From NCBI RefSeq assembly GCF_036588685.1, contig NC_086376.1, forward strand, positions 87,399,630 to 87,463,629: 64,000 bases of DNA, written 5' to 3'. This document shows, piece after piece, positions 26,801 to 38,744 of the stretch (the first letter of the stretch is position 1; each line of letters begins with the position of its first letter). This DNA is from Mytilus trossulus. Lineage: Eukaryota. Both the position numbers and the translations under genes were made by a program. The notes beneath the pieces were generated by a model. That model was not told the origin of the DNA. It did no database searches and worked only from the letters and a program-made list of their open reading frames with translations.

Positions 26801-28005
26801 AAATAAATAATAGACCACTCAATCTGTCCTTCAAAGGAAATGAGGTAGGGATACAAATAAACACTCAATCTGTCCTTCAAAGGCAATGAGATAGGGATAT
26901 GAATAAACACTCAATTTGTCCTTCTACAAATTTTCTTATGAAAATGGCTTCTGAACATATGTAAAAGTAAAATATAAAAAAGAAGATGTAGTATAATTGC
27001 CAATAAGACAACTCTCCACAAGAGACCAAATAGAACACAAGTTAACAGCTATAGGTCACCGTACAGTTTTCATCAATGAGCAAAGACCATACCTCATAGT
27101 GAGCTTTAAAAGGCCCCAAAATCACAAATGTAGAACAATTCATAAGAGAAAACCAATCGCCTACCGGTGTCATTAATGTAAAGAAAAATAGAGGAAAAAC
27201 AAATATGTAACACAGCAACAAACAACAACTACTGAATAAATTCACAGGCTCATGAATTGGGACAGACACATATATACAAAATGTTGCAAAATTAAATATG
27301 TTAGCAGATACCCAATTAAAACAAGTTTTCCACAGGCACAACCGAACTTTGTATCCAAATCTTTATTATCTATAGAAAAATTAGGTGAAGTTTTAAGTAA
27401 TTTATGGTAATGAAATCCTTTTCTTAATATCTTACCAGTAATACATAAATTATGTTGTTAAAATCTTAAACATCACAACAGGCATTGGCATAGCGAAAGA
27501 GTTGTGAAATATAAAGACTGTAAGTAGGTATAAAATGCCTGCTTTTATACATGTACTATATATCTTGATCTATATCAATTTGAGTTCTTATACTATTAGT
27601 TACATAGTGTGTTAGTGACCTACTACAATATACATGGGGTCAGTAAATTCCATATGGGGTGAGAGCTTAATTCCAGTTGAAAGGAAAAAAAACCTGGGGA
27701 AATATATGCAATAATAAATTTATGCCCTTGGCACATAGATTCAAGATACTTTAATTACATTTTGTTTAAAGTTAAATAGTATACCAAAACATATGAATTC
27801 ATTATTTTTCAGATTGAGAGTACTTAGCTAAATGAAAGTAGAATACTAGTATACACATAAACCCTTTATTTTTCAGATTGAGGCAAAGCTAAACGCAGTT
27901 GGCAAAGACATTTCCATTGTTGTTCATCCATCTGATTTTATAAAGGAACTTAAAAGACAGCTGAAAAAGATGAGAAACTTTAAAGACTTCATGGCTGTGG
28001 CATAA
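14717..28005 (+). CDS. PH-domain / Tyr-motif-rich / tandem-PDZ adaptor protein, about 1145 aa, 9 coding exons
   Basis: join(14717-14800,15434-15654,16293-16353,16986-17184,18039-20198,21417-21609,25944-26190,26701-26844,27877-28005). All introns are GT-AG with matching phases (0,2,0,1,1,2,0,0) and the total is 3438 nt open to TAA. PH hallmarks: VIKQGYLKK, RWFVF, LEYYE, EVMLSWCRTL. PDZ-like hallmarks: IHIGDEVTKIND, ENLGL, WITEINNRPL. Confidence 0.9.
15434..15654 (+). CDS. PH-PDZ gene exon 2 (PH core)
   Basis: TTTTACAG acceptor; LFEPTRWFVFGLRIRRPYLEYYE...LELTADS; GTAAAT donor. Confidence 0.9.
16293..16353 (+). CDS. PH-PDZ gene exon 3 (PH C-terminal helix)
   Basis: Long polypyrimidine tract + CAG; (R)EVMLSWCRTLEHTLQNYGAL; GTGAGT donor. 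Confidence 0.9.
16710..17020 (+). repeat. 48-50-bp tandem repeat spanning the intron 3 / exon 4 acceptor
   Basis: TTTAACAG|AAACAYGTGCCATCAGAACACAT with AG ending at 16837, 16885, 16935 and 16985, plus degenerate copies at 16710-16810. Confidence 0.9.
16986..17184 (+). CDS. PH-PDZ gene exon 4 (Pro-rich)
   Basis: KHVPSEHIYSDYPVRYKPKKSASPPP...AEYCNS; donor GTATAT at 17185. Confidence 0.85.
17373..17588. mobile_element. Tc1/mariner-type MITE (TACTGTGGATTCATT TIR)
   Basis: TACTATGGATTCATT...AATGAATCCACAGTA; related copies at about 20245-20462 and 31263-31478. Confidence 0.75.
18039..20198 (+). CDS. PH-PDZ gene exon 5 (2160 nt, disordered linker)
   Basis: Contains most of the 682-aa ORF in frame; acceptor TTTTTAG at 18038, donor GTAAGA at 20199. 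Confidence 0.93.
21417..21609 (+). CDS. PH-PDZ gene exon 6
   Basis: (V)IVRQTSLRER...CQKIALVDSFNGV(W); donor GTATGT at 21610; phase 2 matches exon 7. Confidence 0.9.
21567..25698 (+). repeat. 55-bp satellite, about 75 copies; unit = last 43 nt of exon 6 + first 12 nt of intron 6
   Basis: CTTGTCAAAAGATAGCTTTGGTGGATAGCTTTAATGGAGTATG|GTATGTATTAAA repeated from 21567, 21622... Confidence 0.97.
25944..26190 (+). CDS. PH-PDZ gene exon 7 (PDZ1 and start of PDZ2)
   Basis: TTACAG acceptor; (W)IIGWDFKHYPRLSESIHIGDEVTKIND...LGGTAE; donor GTCAGC. Confidence 0.9.
26701..26844 (+). CDS. PH-PDZ gene exon 8 (PDZ2)
   Basis: TTTTCCAG acceptor; ITYVDPSGLTAQHGL...WWITEINNRPLNLSFKGNE; donor GTAGGG. Confidence 0.9.
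26816..26925 (+). repeat. 46-bp tandem repeat (about 2.4 copies) across the exon 8 donor
   Basis: CACTCAAT.TGTCCTTC at 26816, 26862 and 26908. Confidence 0.85.
26975..27310. mobile_element. Dispersed SINE-like repeat ('aagaagatgt...gccaatgagacaact' family)
   Basis: At least six related copies in the window. Confidence 0.7.
27877..28005 (+). CDS. PH-PDZ gene last coding exon
   Basis: IEAKLNAVGKDISIVVHPSDFIKELKRQLKKMRNFKDFMAVA*; stop TAA at 28003-28005. Confidence 0.88.
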   Translation: MEAKLNAVGKDISIVVHPSDFIKELKRQLKKMRNFKDFMAVA

Positions 28006-31000
28006 ACAGAGAACATGTCTGTAATTCACAGTAAATGGAGAAATGTAACTATACATGACAAATACTGTCTGTGATCACTTTTATATAGTCCCATGTAATA
28101 CTGTCTTTTTATTTTCAAAATGGCTGATTCTGCAACCTGCTACATTTCATTTTGTCATCATTTCATTTTATCATGTGATACATGATGTTTCTCTGTTGAA
28201 AGATGAATCAACAGTTTATGCAAGACCAATTTATTGAAATGTTTTTCTTTTAAAGACCATACATTTTACAATTTTTTTTGACATAGTAGATTTTGACACA
28301 TGTTTGACTACGACTTTCAGGGTAAAACCTATTTATACTTCACTATCTCTTTAGATATCTGTGTTCTGTACATGTATTTATCCACAATTAATTGTATTGG
28401 TTTTAAATTTTTGAAGGTCAAAAGATCATGTCAGCATAATCAAAAGTCAGATAGTCCAAGTAGACTCAAATATAATGTTCAGTACAGGTTATAAATAAAC
28501 TGTTTGAGTTACATTTTAACATAATTAGTACAGGAGTTTTAGAAGCTCAATAACAAGACAGTTTTTAAATTATGTTTGAAATGTTTGGGTTTTCATGTTA
28601 TTTTATTTGATGACCATTTTGAAGCAAATTTCTAGGATTTTTTTTAACTCCATATGAACAGTAAATTCAATTAAAGAAAGAATGCATGATAGTTTATGAT
28701 AGAATGATGACTTGGCATGCCTGCCAACTTTTCAAAATGTCCATTGGGGTTTTACGTGCAAGATGGATCTTTTAGTCCAACAAAACCTTCAAAGGGGTCT
28801 TCAAATACATTTTAATGTTGTTTTTTGGCTTCTTCCTACATTTACAAGCCTATAGCCATTGTAAAGTTAATTGTTTTGTTTAAACTTATGGACAAATTTG
28901 CTCTTTCAAAATTTCCATTTGGGAGCTTTCATGGGGGAAATCCTCCACTGGAACTTTAAGAACTTTGTAACTGTGATCTATCTGTCAATCTTACAGGGTT
29001 ATTTTTGTTTTATTCCTCAATTTCTATGTAGTGTAATATTAAAGTATATTAAAACTTTTATATTATTATTTATTAATAGATATTTGTAGAAGCGCTAGCT
29101 CTTTCAGTATTATAATACGATTATAGTTAAAGTGCTATGTTAGCCTTATACACTGTTTGCCATTTATACTAGCCCTATATACTGGTTTGCCATAAAGATA
29201 TGTTATTTTTATATATTTTTAATGTTAAACAATTTTGACATTTGTATAGTGTATTGTTTCATATTACATTCATTAATGATTTCATCAACTTATATGAAGA
29301 ATTTGTATTGCTTATAAATGTTATTTTTGTAATTTGAAACCACATTTTATTGTTAGTTGTTGTTAAATGAGAATTTAAAAAAAGATATTTCATCAAATTC
29401 ATTTAAACCACTTAAGTAATGCAATTTGTTCAAAACTTAAACATTTTTATTTGAATGAACAAGGTACACAATTTGACCGTTTGACTTTGACATTTAAAAA
29501 GTTATATATAGAATTAAAAAAATAGATCCTTTTGTGGAAAGGTAATAATGTAAAACCACAGTTAGACAGACCATTTCATAAAGAGCTATAGTTTTCACAC
29601 TCACAGCCAATGTATTATAAGACAAGACATTTCAATGGTAACTTTTTTTTTTTGTAATCACAACTTCTTTAACTCTTGTTTGAAAAGTTTGTAAAAAATG
29701 ACAGAGTATGAACTGTCTATGGCAGCTGTAGCCAAACATATGATATAACCAGGGAAAAGATACATCAAAGTTTCAACTGTATGATTTTTTGTTTGCTTAT
29801 TTGATGGAAATATGTTGTTTTTGTATGTAGAAAATCTGTTGTAAAATTTTCTACTTAGTGCTAACATTTTGCTGCTTTATTGCTTAGCAATTCTTCTGCA
29901 ATTTATTTAAATCTAGTATCAGTAGAGCACTCTACATGCTGCATTCCATGATGACTGATGGGAGCTATTCCAATCATATAGTTAATTAGGGACCATAATT
30001 TAATGTTTAGTAAATAGAAGTGTAATATATCAGCATGACCTTGCTTTCAGGGAATAAGCCTGGTTGAGGGGAAGTAACTCTGTAATAAGCAATGCACCTT
30101 ATCGCTAATCCCTGCTTGAACTTTTGACACATACTACAATCACTTTTCCGTTGTGGCATCAGATATTTTGTATTGTGAAGTCAAAATTTTACGGGAAGCT
30201 GTGTGATATCCAGTAATGGCGAACAAATAGCAATAAGGTGTATGTGTTTGTTATAGTCAGTTTCATTATGGTTTTATAAGCATTGGCATAACACAGAATT
30301 ATGATAATCTTTTTTCTATAGAAGCTTGGAAATGAATAATTGCATAGTTTGACACAAGCATACTTTTGATTTCTCAAGAGTTATGTCCCTTAAACCAAAT
30401 TTATTTCCACCAATCTAGAACTACATTGGAGTTATAGTACCGGTATATATATATATAGTTGCAAATTAAAGGTGCTTTTATGTAGTCTGTTCATAAGAAA
30501 TAGATTTTTTTGTTTTTTTTATTTGTATCATAGTAAAATGCAATTGGATGATATTTATAGCCATGCAGGCATGGTAATTAATTTTATAATGTCTCAAAAC
30601 TACAGCATGCATAAATTCACACATGTGTTAATGTTGTAAATATGTTTGTTATATTTTACAAGATTTCAGTTATGCTTATAGCAGATTATAGAATCATTTG
30701 TAATTAAATTGTGTATTTTGAAGAAGCTCAGACAAGTTACTTCACTTTTGAGAAGATTTTCATTCACACAAGTTGAATATATAATTTTAGTTTTAAAAAT
30801 GTGCAATAAACATGTTTTTAGTTCTCACACCTCTCTGTATGAAGTACAAGAGCAAACTATGTAATAATTCCATGCCAATTCACTACAGTAAATTAATTTT
30901 AATTGCTGCAGACCTGCCAATTTTTCTGATTTATGGTGACCCCTTTTTCCTAATTTATGGGTAACTTTCCCCTTGGGAGGATATTGACCCGGCTTTTGAT

Positions 31001-33495
31001 TTTTTTCATTATGATACTCTGAATACCTTAATACAGACAAACATCCATCTGAGTGGTATATAGATACAAATATATTCTTTCAAAACCATGGAAAGTACAT
31101 ATTAGTTCAAAACCATGGAAAATATATTTTCTTTCAAAACCACAGAAATTATAAATTCTTTCAAAACCACAGAAATTATACCTGTGAATAAAATATGTTG
31201 GAGTAGTAACAGTAGACACCATACCTATTTACCATGCAAAATTAAAAATTGAATGCTTTATAAACTGTGGATTCATTAATATTTGTTGGATACATATTTT
31301 TCGTGTGTTTTGTGAGAGCAGGAACACAATTAACTCAAATCTTCAACGAATTACATAGTTTCAATAGACTTTGTATATAGAGATTAGCAAAACCATGAAA
31401 TCAAATATCTAAGAAAATGCAAGTTTTTCAGCAATGCATGAAAATTGATACCCACAAAAATAAATGAATCTACAGTATCTTTATATGAATTTCATAATTT
31501 GACAGCTGCAGGTCAGGCTGATGATCCATAACTGTTTTCATTTTGTTGACATTATCATTATTTCAATATAAAATAATTTTGTATATGTTATTGTAGATAA
31601 TAATATTTTTTTGTTTTGTCATTTGAAACCAAAAACATATGCACACTTAACAGAAGCAAGTGAAAACCATTCAAAGCAAGGGAAAATGCTTGATTCCTTT
31701 CTTCTCTCTTTCAGATAGATTATTTTAAAAAATGTGGATTAGAAATCCAACTCTTTAAACTTTCAATTTTAATTTTTTTTTAATTTTAGAGAAGTTTCAC
31801 CATAATTTGTCATGTTAAACCAAGGCATCTTAACATGATGCTTTATTGTAAATCCAAGTCTGTAAATACAGCAATCATTTATTGACAAATTGTCTTTTTA
31901 GCAATATTTTCAAAACCAAATATTTCATTTTGTCTTATTTTAATAATATTATAACATGCTGAAATCTTGTTATCCAAAATAAAGATGCTGATGAAAGAAA
32001 ATTAAGATAAGGATCTGTAATCTGTGTTAATTGCTGAAAAGGTCAACCATTTTAATGTGCCTGTCTAATTAGGAGGCATTTGGTTTGCATGTGATCAGGA
32101 TAATCACTGCTTCATTCTTTACATTTTACAATAATATTTTTTTTAAATAAATATCAGGAGAAGAAAAAATTGTCATAAACAAAGTCCCTGGTAAACAAAT
32201 ATTTTGTACAAAAAGTTGATATAGAAAAAATATGCTGTGAGGAAATTTTGGATATTTGGTTATTTAAACAGATTACTTTATACTACAAAATGATATGCAA
32301 TGTTATATGTACACAAATTAAATCAATTTTATGATAGATTTTTTTCTTTTTCTGTAGACAGAAAGGTTCTGTTGATTTCAGTGTTTAGAGAATAGATTGC
32401 AAGATGTTTCAGTACTTGCACACACACACCATAAAATATATATATTGCAATACTTTTGTACATGCTCACACAAACACACACCAGTAAATATTTTCAGTAC
32501 TTGTGCAAACACAAACACACACCAGAGAACATGTTTCTGTACTTGCACACACACCACAGACAATTCTGTATATTGCTATTAATTTCATAGATGAGTTTTA
32601 CAAGAAATTTTTTTTCAGATATATTTTTATACCCTCATTATGTATACCTTACTGTTTTGAAAGAATGTTAGGACATATGTGTCAAATAACTGTACCAGTA
32701 TTTCGGTTGGTACCTCTGATAATATTTTGAATCTCTCATGTTTTTCCTGATAGTAGAAACAATTATCAAAATAACTTTTATTGCAATTTCTCTTTTTTGT
32801 AAAATGGATTTTTTTTGTCTGAATAATTTTTCTCATACAATAGAGTGTCCAGGCTATTTGATGACTTTACTAATAGATACAGTTTATGAATTAAATAGAT
32901 TGATATAAATCTTGTCATGAAATATTTTTAAACAGACATAATTCCACTTTAAATAAAAATATCAATTTCAAATTAATCAAATTGCATAAAAAGTGAAAGA
33001 ATTATGTAAGTATCTTTTTATGTCAAACACAACGGGACCAGTATAAAATATTTATCAGACCAAGGAAATCAAATTAGGAGGAATATTTCTATATACATGT
33101 ACATGTTACTGTATGAAATATCTGAATTATTTCCCTTTATTTGTTTGATTAACAAAAGAGCACTGTAATTTTGAAGCATAAATAAATGTGATTTGTTAAA
33201 AATTTCATTTGAATAGAGCTTTAGAAACTTATTGTTATTATGTTTAAATATATATGTTTTTATTTTGGAAATAAATGTTATTTTTTCTAGAGTTTATGTG
33301 TAGTATATGTATGAGCATTTAATGCATGTTATATGTTTTTTTGCTATTAAACTATTCAGAAATTCAGAATTGCTAAATATTTGTGTTGCCAATTTAGAAA
33401 GGTGATCTGATAAGATCTAGTTACATCATGGGCAGGGATATCTGTCTGTCTGTCTGTCTGTCAAAGTTTTCTTGGCTTCTATGTAAGTGAATGAA

Positions 33496-33517
33496 TTTAT
33501 TATACCCCATGCAAGGG

Positions 33518-33552
<35 letters not shown>

Positions 33553-34277
33553 CATCAGTCCGTCTGTCAGTCCTGTTTCTTGTCATCGCAACTCCTCTCA
33601 AACCACACAACAGAATTTCACGAAACCTTTTCAGATGATAAGGACATACTATGTAGTTGTGCATATTGACGGGAAATTGCGATTCAATTTTTTTTCTAGG
33701 AGTTACGCCCCTTTGAACTTATTTACTTTAATGTACTACTGCAACAGTTTGTCATCACAACTCCTCTCAAACCACACAACAGAATTTCACGAAACCTTTT
33801 CAGATAATAAGGACATACTATGTAGTTGTGCATATTGACGGGAAATTGCGATTCAATTTTTTTTCTAGGAGTTACGCCCCTTTGAACTTATTTACTTTAA
33901 TGTACTACTGCAACAGTTTGTCATCACAACTCCTCTCAAACCACACAACAGAATTTCACGAAACCTTTTCAGATAATAAGGACAGAATATGCAGTTGTGC
34001 ATATCGACGGGAAATTGCGATACAAATTGTTTTCTAGGAGTTACTCCCCTTTGAACTTATTTACTTTAATTTACTACTGCAACAGTTTGTTATCACAACT
34101 CCTCTCAAACCACACAACAGAATTTCACGAAACCTTCTCAGATAATAAGGACATACTATGTAGTTATGCATATCGACGGAAAATTGTGTTCATTTTACTT
34201 GCGAAGTGAGAATTTGTTTCTTCAGTGACAATATGAAGACGTGGGGTATGTGAGCGTGCTCACAAAGGTTCTTTAAT
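33496..34277 (+). mobile_element. Non-autonomous Helentron-type element with about 3.7 x 169-bp internal tandem repeats
   Basis: T-rich start, ATACCCCA / TGGGGTAT subterminal IR, CCGT/CTGT microsatellite and 3' hairpin GTGAGC-GT-GCTCAC. Confidence 0.85.
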
Positions 34278-34654
34278 ATTTGATCTGCAGAAAATGAGCA
34301 ATAGAATTTAAGCAATTTCTACATCTACTGTACAGACTCTTCTGGTTTGCCAAATCTCTGAAATTTAACAGCACTCATTTTGCATGGATATTATCCTTGA
34401 ATTTTTCTTCATTCATTTTAGGGAATTATCATTTATGCCACATTATATCTGACTTAGTTGCTACCTTAATCAATTGCATGTAGGGATGCAGGTTCAGACA
34501 CTGTATTGGTCTAGTTTTTCATCTACTGGTTGGACTATTTGAAATAAATAATATGATGAATTATAAGCCCTTAAGACAGTACAATGATACATGAAGACAT
34601 TTCTATGAAACAGTTCCATTCATTAAAATAAGTCTTGTGAGAAAAAATATTATA

Positions 34655-35933
34655 TATATGTTGTGTACAAGTTATCATTTTGTACAAATAATAATTTGTA
34701 CAAAAATATTGTTCAAATTAAAATTTGTATTTTGACTTTGTACGAATTGTAATTTGTACAAAAAGTGCTTGTACAAATTACAATTTGTACAAAATAGGAC
34801 AAAAATTCACTTATAACTTGTACAATAATTTTTCAAATGGATTTTGGAGAAAAAAAATCATTGATACACGTTATTGAATTGCTACTAAATGACCAGACAG
34901 TACACCTGAGTTACAAAATTCAAAAGTAGTTCTTTATCAATCGTTTGAGCATGTGATCTAGTGAGTTATGGAATCAGGTATTGCATACCATCTTTTGACT
35001 CTCAAATCGATAACAACTTGTTTTACAGACATTTTAACTGTTTCATATAGCGAGCGTTGAAGCTCAGGAATCGTTGCTGTGAATAAATATGTGTTTAAGT
35101 ACTTCATTCAGACTTTTAGAGAAAATAAATATCCCAGAAGATTAAACACCCCATTTGGTTAGGAATACGACTGCTAAAGTCAGGAATATGTCAGTTGTTT
35201 TTTTGCTGTTTTTGTATCAATTTGTTTTTCAACAAGGATTAAGTTATGTAAATCCAATCTTTTGATGTACCAATTACAAATACAAATTATCACTTGCTTA
35301 CAGAAAGATATGATTGTTTTCATTGACTTTTAGAAATAACAAATAAGTGGCATCAAATCTTTTGCGATCCTTCTCACGATCATCAAAACGCTGTACACGA
35401 TCTTTCACGATACAAAATAGGGAAATTTTACAAATATAATCGTTTGCAAAGTTCCTGAATAAAAAAAAAATACATCAAAATAACGATAAGAATTAATCAA
35501 GCAGTACTATTGAGTGATATTTTTTTTAAGAAAAAGACGTGTATGTATTAAAAATTTGAAAAAAATCCTATTTGTTTACTTTTTGTTTTTTTAAAAATTT
35601 CGAAGATCAACCTGCCTTTTGTAGTTGGGTATAAACGGTGTATTATGTTACTACGGTTTAGTGTGTGGTCAGTTAATTACAATTCTATCGTGTGAAACAT
35701 TGCATTTTTCACAAAAAATCGTATTTAAAACTGTTGTAAAAGTTATAAGTGAATTTTGGTCAAATTTTGTACAAATTGTAATTTGTACAGGCACGTTTTG
35801 TACAAATTATAATTTGTACAAAGTCAAAATACAAATTATAATTTGTACAATATTTTTGTACAACTTATAATTTGTACAATATTTTTGTACAACTTATAAT
35901 TTGTACAAAATGATAACTTGTACACAACATATA
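34655..35933. mobile_element. Foldback-like element with about 200-bp TIRs built of TGTACA motifs
   Basis: TATATGTTGTGTACAAGTTATCATTTTGTACAAAT... is the reverse complement of ...ATTTGTACAAAATGATAACTTGTACACAACATATA. Confidence 0.85.
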
Positions 35934-36033
35934 GATAAAAGAAGATGAGGTATGAGTACCAATGAGACAACTCTCCATCCAATTCAGAATTTATAAAATA
36001 ATACCATTATAGGTCAAAGAACGGTCTTCAACA

Positions 36034-36477
36034 GGTGAAATCACCCTTACATCGCAACAGGAACACTTCACAGATGAAATAATTAGCAAACTTGGCTAAT
36101 TTGTCACATTGTTCAAAAAATATCCATCCTCAAAACTAACGATACTTGAAATCCCAGTCTACTCTATCACAGAATGGAACAGGTACAAAGGACATAAAAA
36201 CCCTGAAACCTTTAAAGACCAAGATAGCCAATTGCAAAAACAAATTGAAAACATAAACGAGTGGATCCACACAACAAACCAGGAACTTGGTAGTCGCTCG
36301 CCATTACTCAACCATCATCTTCGTGCTCGAAAACAACAAGCAAGAGGGAAACACAAGCCTTGCAAAAAGTATTATAACGTCAAATTGTACAAAGACGGTA
36401 TTCATCCAAAGCAGCTGTTAGCTAAAGCCTGGCTGGCAGAAATAGTTGAAAAAGTTCGTAGAGACTGTTGGGCATAA
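36034..36477 (+). pseudogene. LINE 5' ORF, SGNH/GDSL esterase-like C-terminal part
   Basis: LYKDGIHP followed by a helix (block V DxxHP). The frame extends back to the insertion point with one TAA. Confidence 0.7.
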
Positions 36478-36634
36478 CATAGTGACACTTATATTAATGC
36501 TTGAAGATCAGGAGGCATGGAATGACCAAGCCACACTGAAACCTTCAAGTACTTGATATCAAGCTGTCGATACACTGTCTGATCTGCATAAAAACAACTG
36601 GACTACCTCAATAACGTCTAATACTAAAACAAGA

Positions 36635-38744
36635 ATGGCAAGTTCCATTATACAGAGAGCCAAAATTACAGACTCGCACAAAAAGGTGACAGAGCTTATA
36701 ATTGGTGACTACACTCTTTAGTTGATAAAACCCTGAAGAAAAAACTTGAAGCCACTAAACGTTTGCAACATGTTGAATACAAATTTACCAACGGAGGCGT
36801 GGTTATCACATCCGATGCAGCAACATATTCAGAATGGCGGCAATGAGATATTATGAAACACTCCCCCCAAATCATGGAGTGGCACACATAAAGAAAACAA
36901 CAGACAGCACTCGACTCCATACAGTCCAAAACACTGTGCGAGTAGTACAACCATCGAACAAAAGCTACACAGTGAATATATACTATACAACAAGCAGACT
37001 ACTGGTGAATGGTAAAAATGTGTCTGACTTTATTGATAGAGACTTGCAGAACATCCACAATATTATTTCTTCTAGTACAAGCAATAACACCAAACTTAAT
37101 ATTAATGACCTCAATGCTATGTTACGGGAACAGCTGACTAGCATACTAAATGCAAATCAAATGAAGTATGAAGAAGTTAATAGCCAAAATACACAAGATA
37201 AAGATTCTGATAACATTGCTTGTATAAAATGCACCAGAAATTGTAGGACAAAAAGTACTTACTGCTCGACAGGCAACCACTGGGTTCACTACAGTTGTCA
37301 AAACCTAACACAGGAGGACATAACAGAGGTGTAAAAAGGTGAAAATAACACCTACACCTGTACATTCTGTACTGGAGACTCCAAGAAACTAGCTTTCCCA
37401 AATACTCTGCAAATAGCCAACTGCAACCAACTAAATGACCTACTACAAGAAAAGGTAACATTAAGAACAGATGAAACTACAATGAGCAACAAAGACCTGT
37501 GCTTTGTGTGCGATCAACAAACTGATAACACACCGTGGGATGTTTGTGATCTTTGCAATAATATGAGCCACACTACCTGTATGAACATTGAAAATAATGA
37601 ACACCACTGTAACGCATGCATAGGTAGTGAAATAATGGAATACACCACTAGCGTAATTAAAACGGATAGGCTCCAGATAAGCCAATATAACTTGACCGAG
37701 CCAATAGAGGTCATATCTGAGGAAAATACAAGCACTGTTGAGTCTGAGACAACCCTCAAAACAGTAATATCTAGTAACAGTCCTCAACCAAAACAGTGTG
37801 TCTTGAAAAAGATTGTACTACCAGAAAGGATAACAAAAGCTTCACTGCAAACCCAAGAAGAACTCCAACTCAAACATAGTGAACTCAGAGAAAGGGAGTT
37901 AAAACTTAGGAAAACTGAAGAGCAACTTAAACTTAGGGAAAAAGTGGTTAATGAATACAAAAAAGAGAGAATACTACTAGAAACAAGATGCCAGAGACTG
38001 GAGGCAAGAAACTGTGAATTAGAACAAACGGTAAAAAGCTTAAGGAAAAGCATTGAAATGAGCAACTTGTCAGAAGAAACCAGCCGAAATGAACCAGCTC
38101 ATACACACGTGAGGAATTCTTTGCAAACAGGCAAGCCGGAAATGAATGATGTGTTCAATATAGTGCAAACACAGCTAAACAACAAGGTTCTGGCCCTACA
38201 CGAAAAGCTAACAAACATAGTCTTCTCTAAAATAGACAAACAACTGGACAAAATTAGCTTGGCAGACATGAATGAAATGGAGAAAATAAATCCTGAAATG
38301 TATAATGTTGAAAGATCTACACCATTACAATCAAAACAGGACAAGAAAGAAACGGAAGAAATAACTCCTCAACTTAACAACATTGAAAGAAATACACTAT
38401 TGCAATCAAAACAGGACAAAACACCGATTACTTCCAAGAACGCAACAGAAACTGCTCCCCATGTAGGGCAGCCGGTACAGAACAATTCAAAACGATATAT
38501 GCAACCAAGTAATCCTGCTAACAAATGGAACCTAGCCAACAGCCTAACAGGTCAACCACTTGTATACAGAGGATACCAGAAATACAGTTTGCAACAACCT
38601 ATGGACCAAGCAGGTGTCCCATTCAACCAAAAACAAGGCAGACGCAACCCACAGATTATAAACAATACAACCACAGAGAAAATTATACAACCAACAAATG
38701 CTCACTTTTTAGACAGACCAGGCCTCAAGAAACAGAACATGTAG
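36635..38744 (+). pseudogene. LINE ORF1-like protein with two PHD-type Cys/His clusters and a coiled coil (frameshifts and stops)
   Basis: CIKC..C..GNHWVHYSC..(stop)..CTFC; CFVC..CDLC..HTTC..CNAC; ELRERELKLRK heptads. Confidence 0.8.

Noticed and set aside
33487-34209. Overlapping repetitive ORFs
   Set aside because: Translations of the 169-bp internal repeat.
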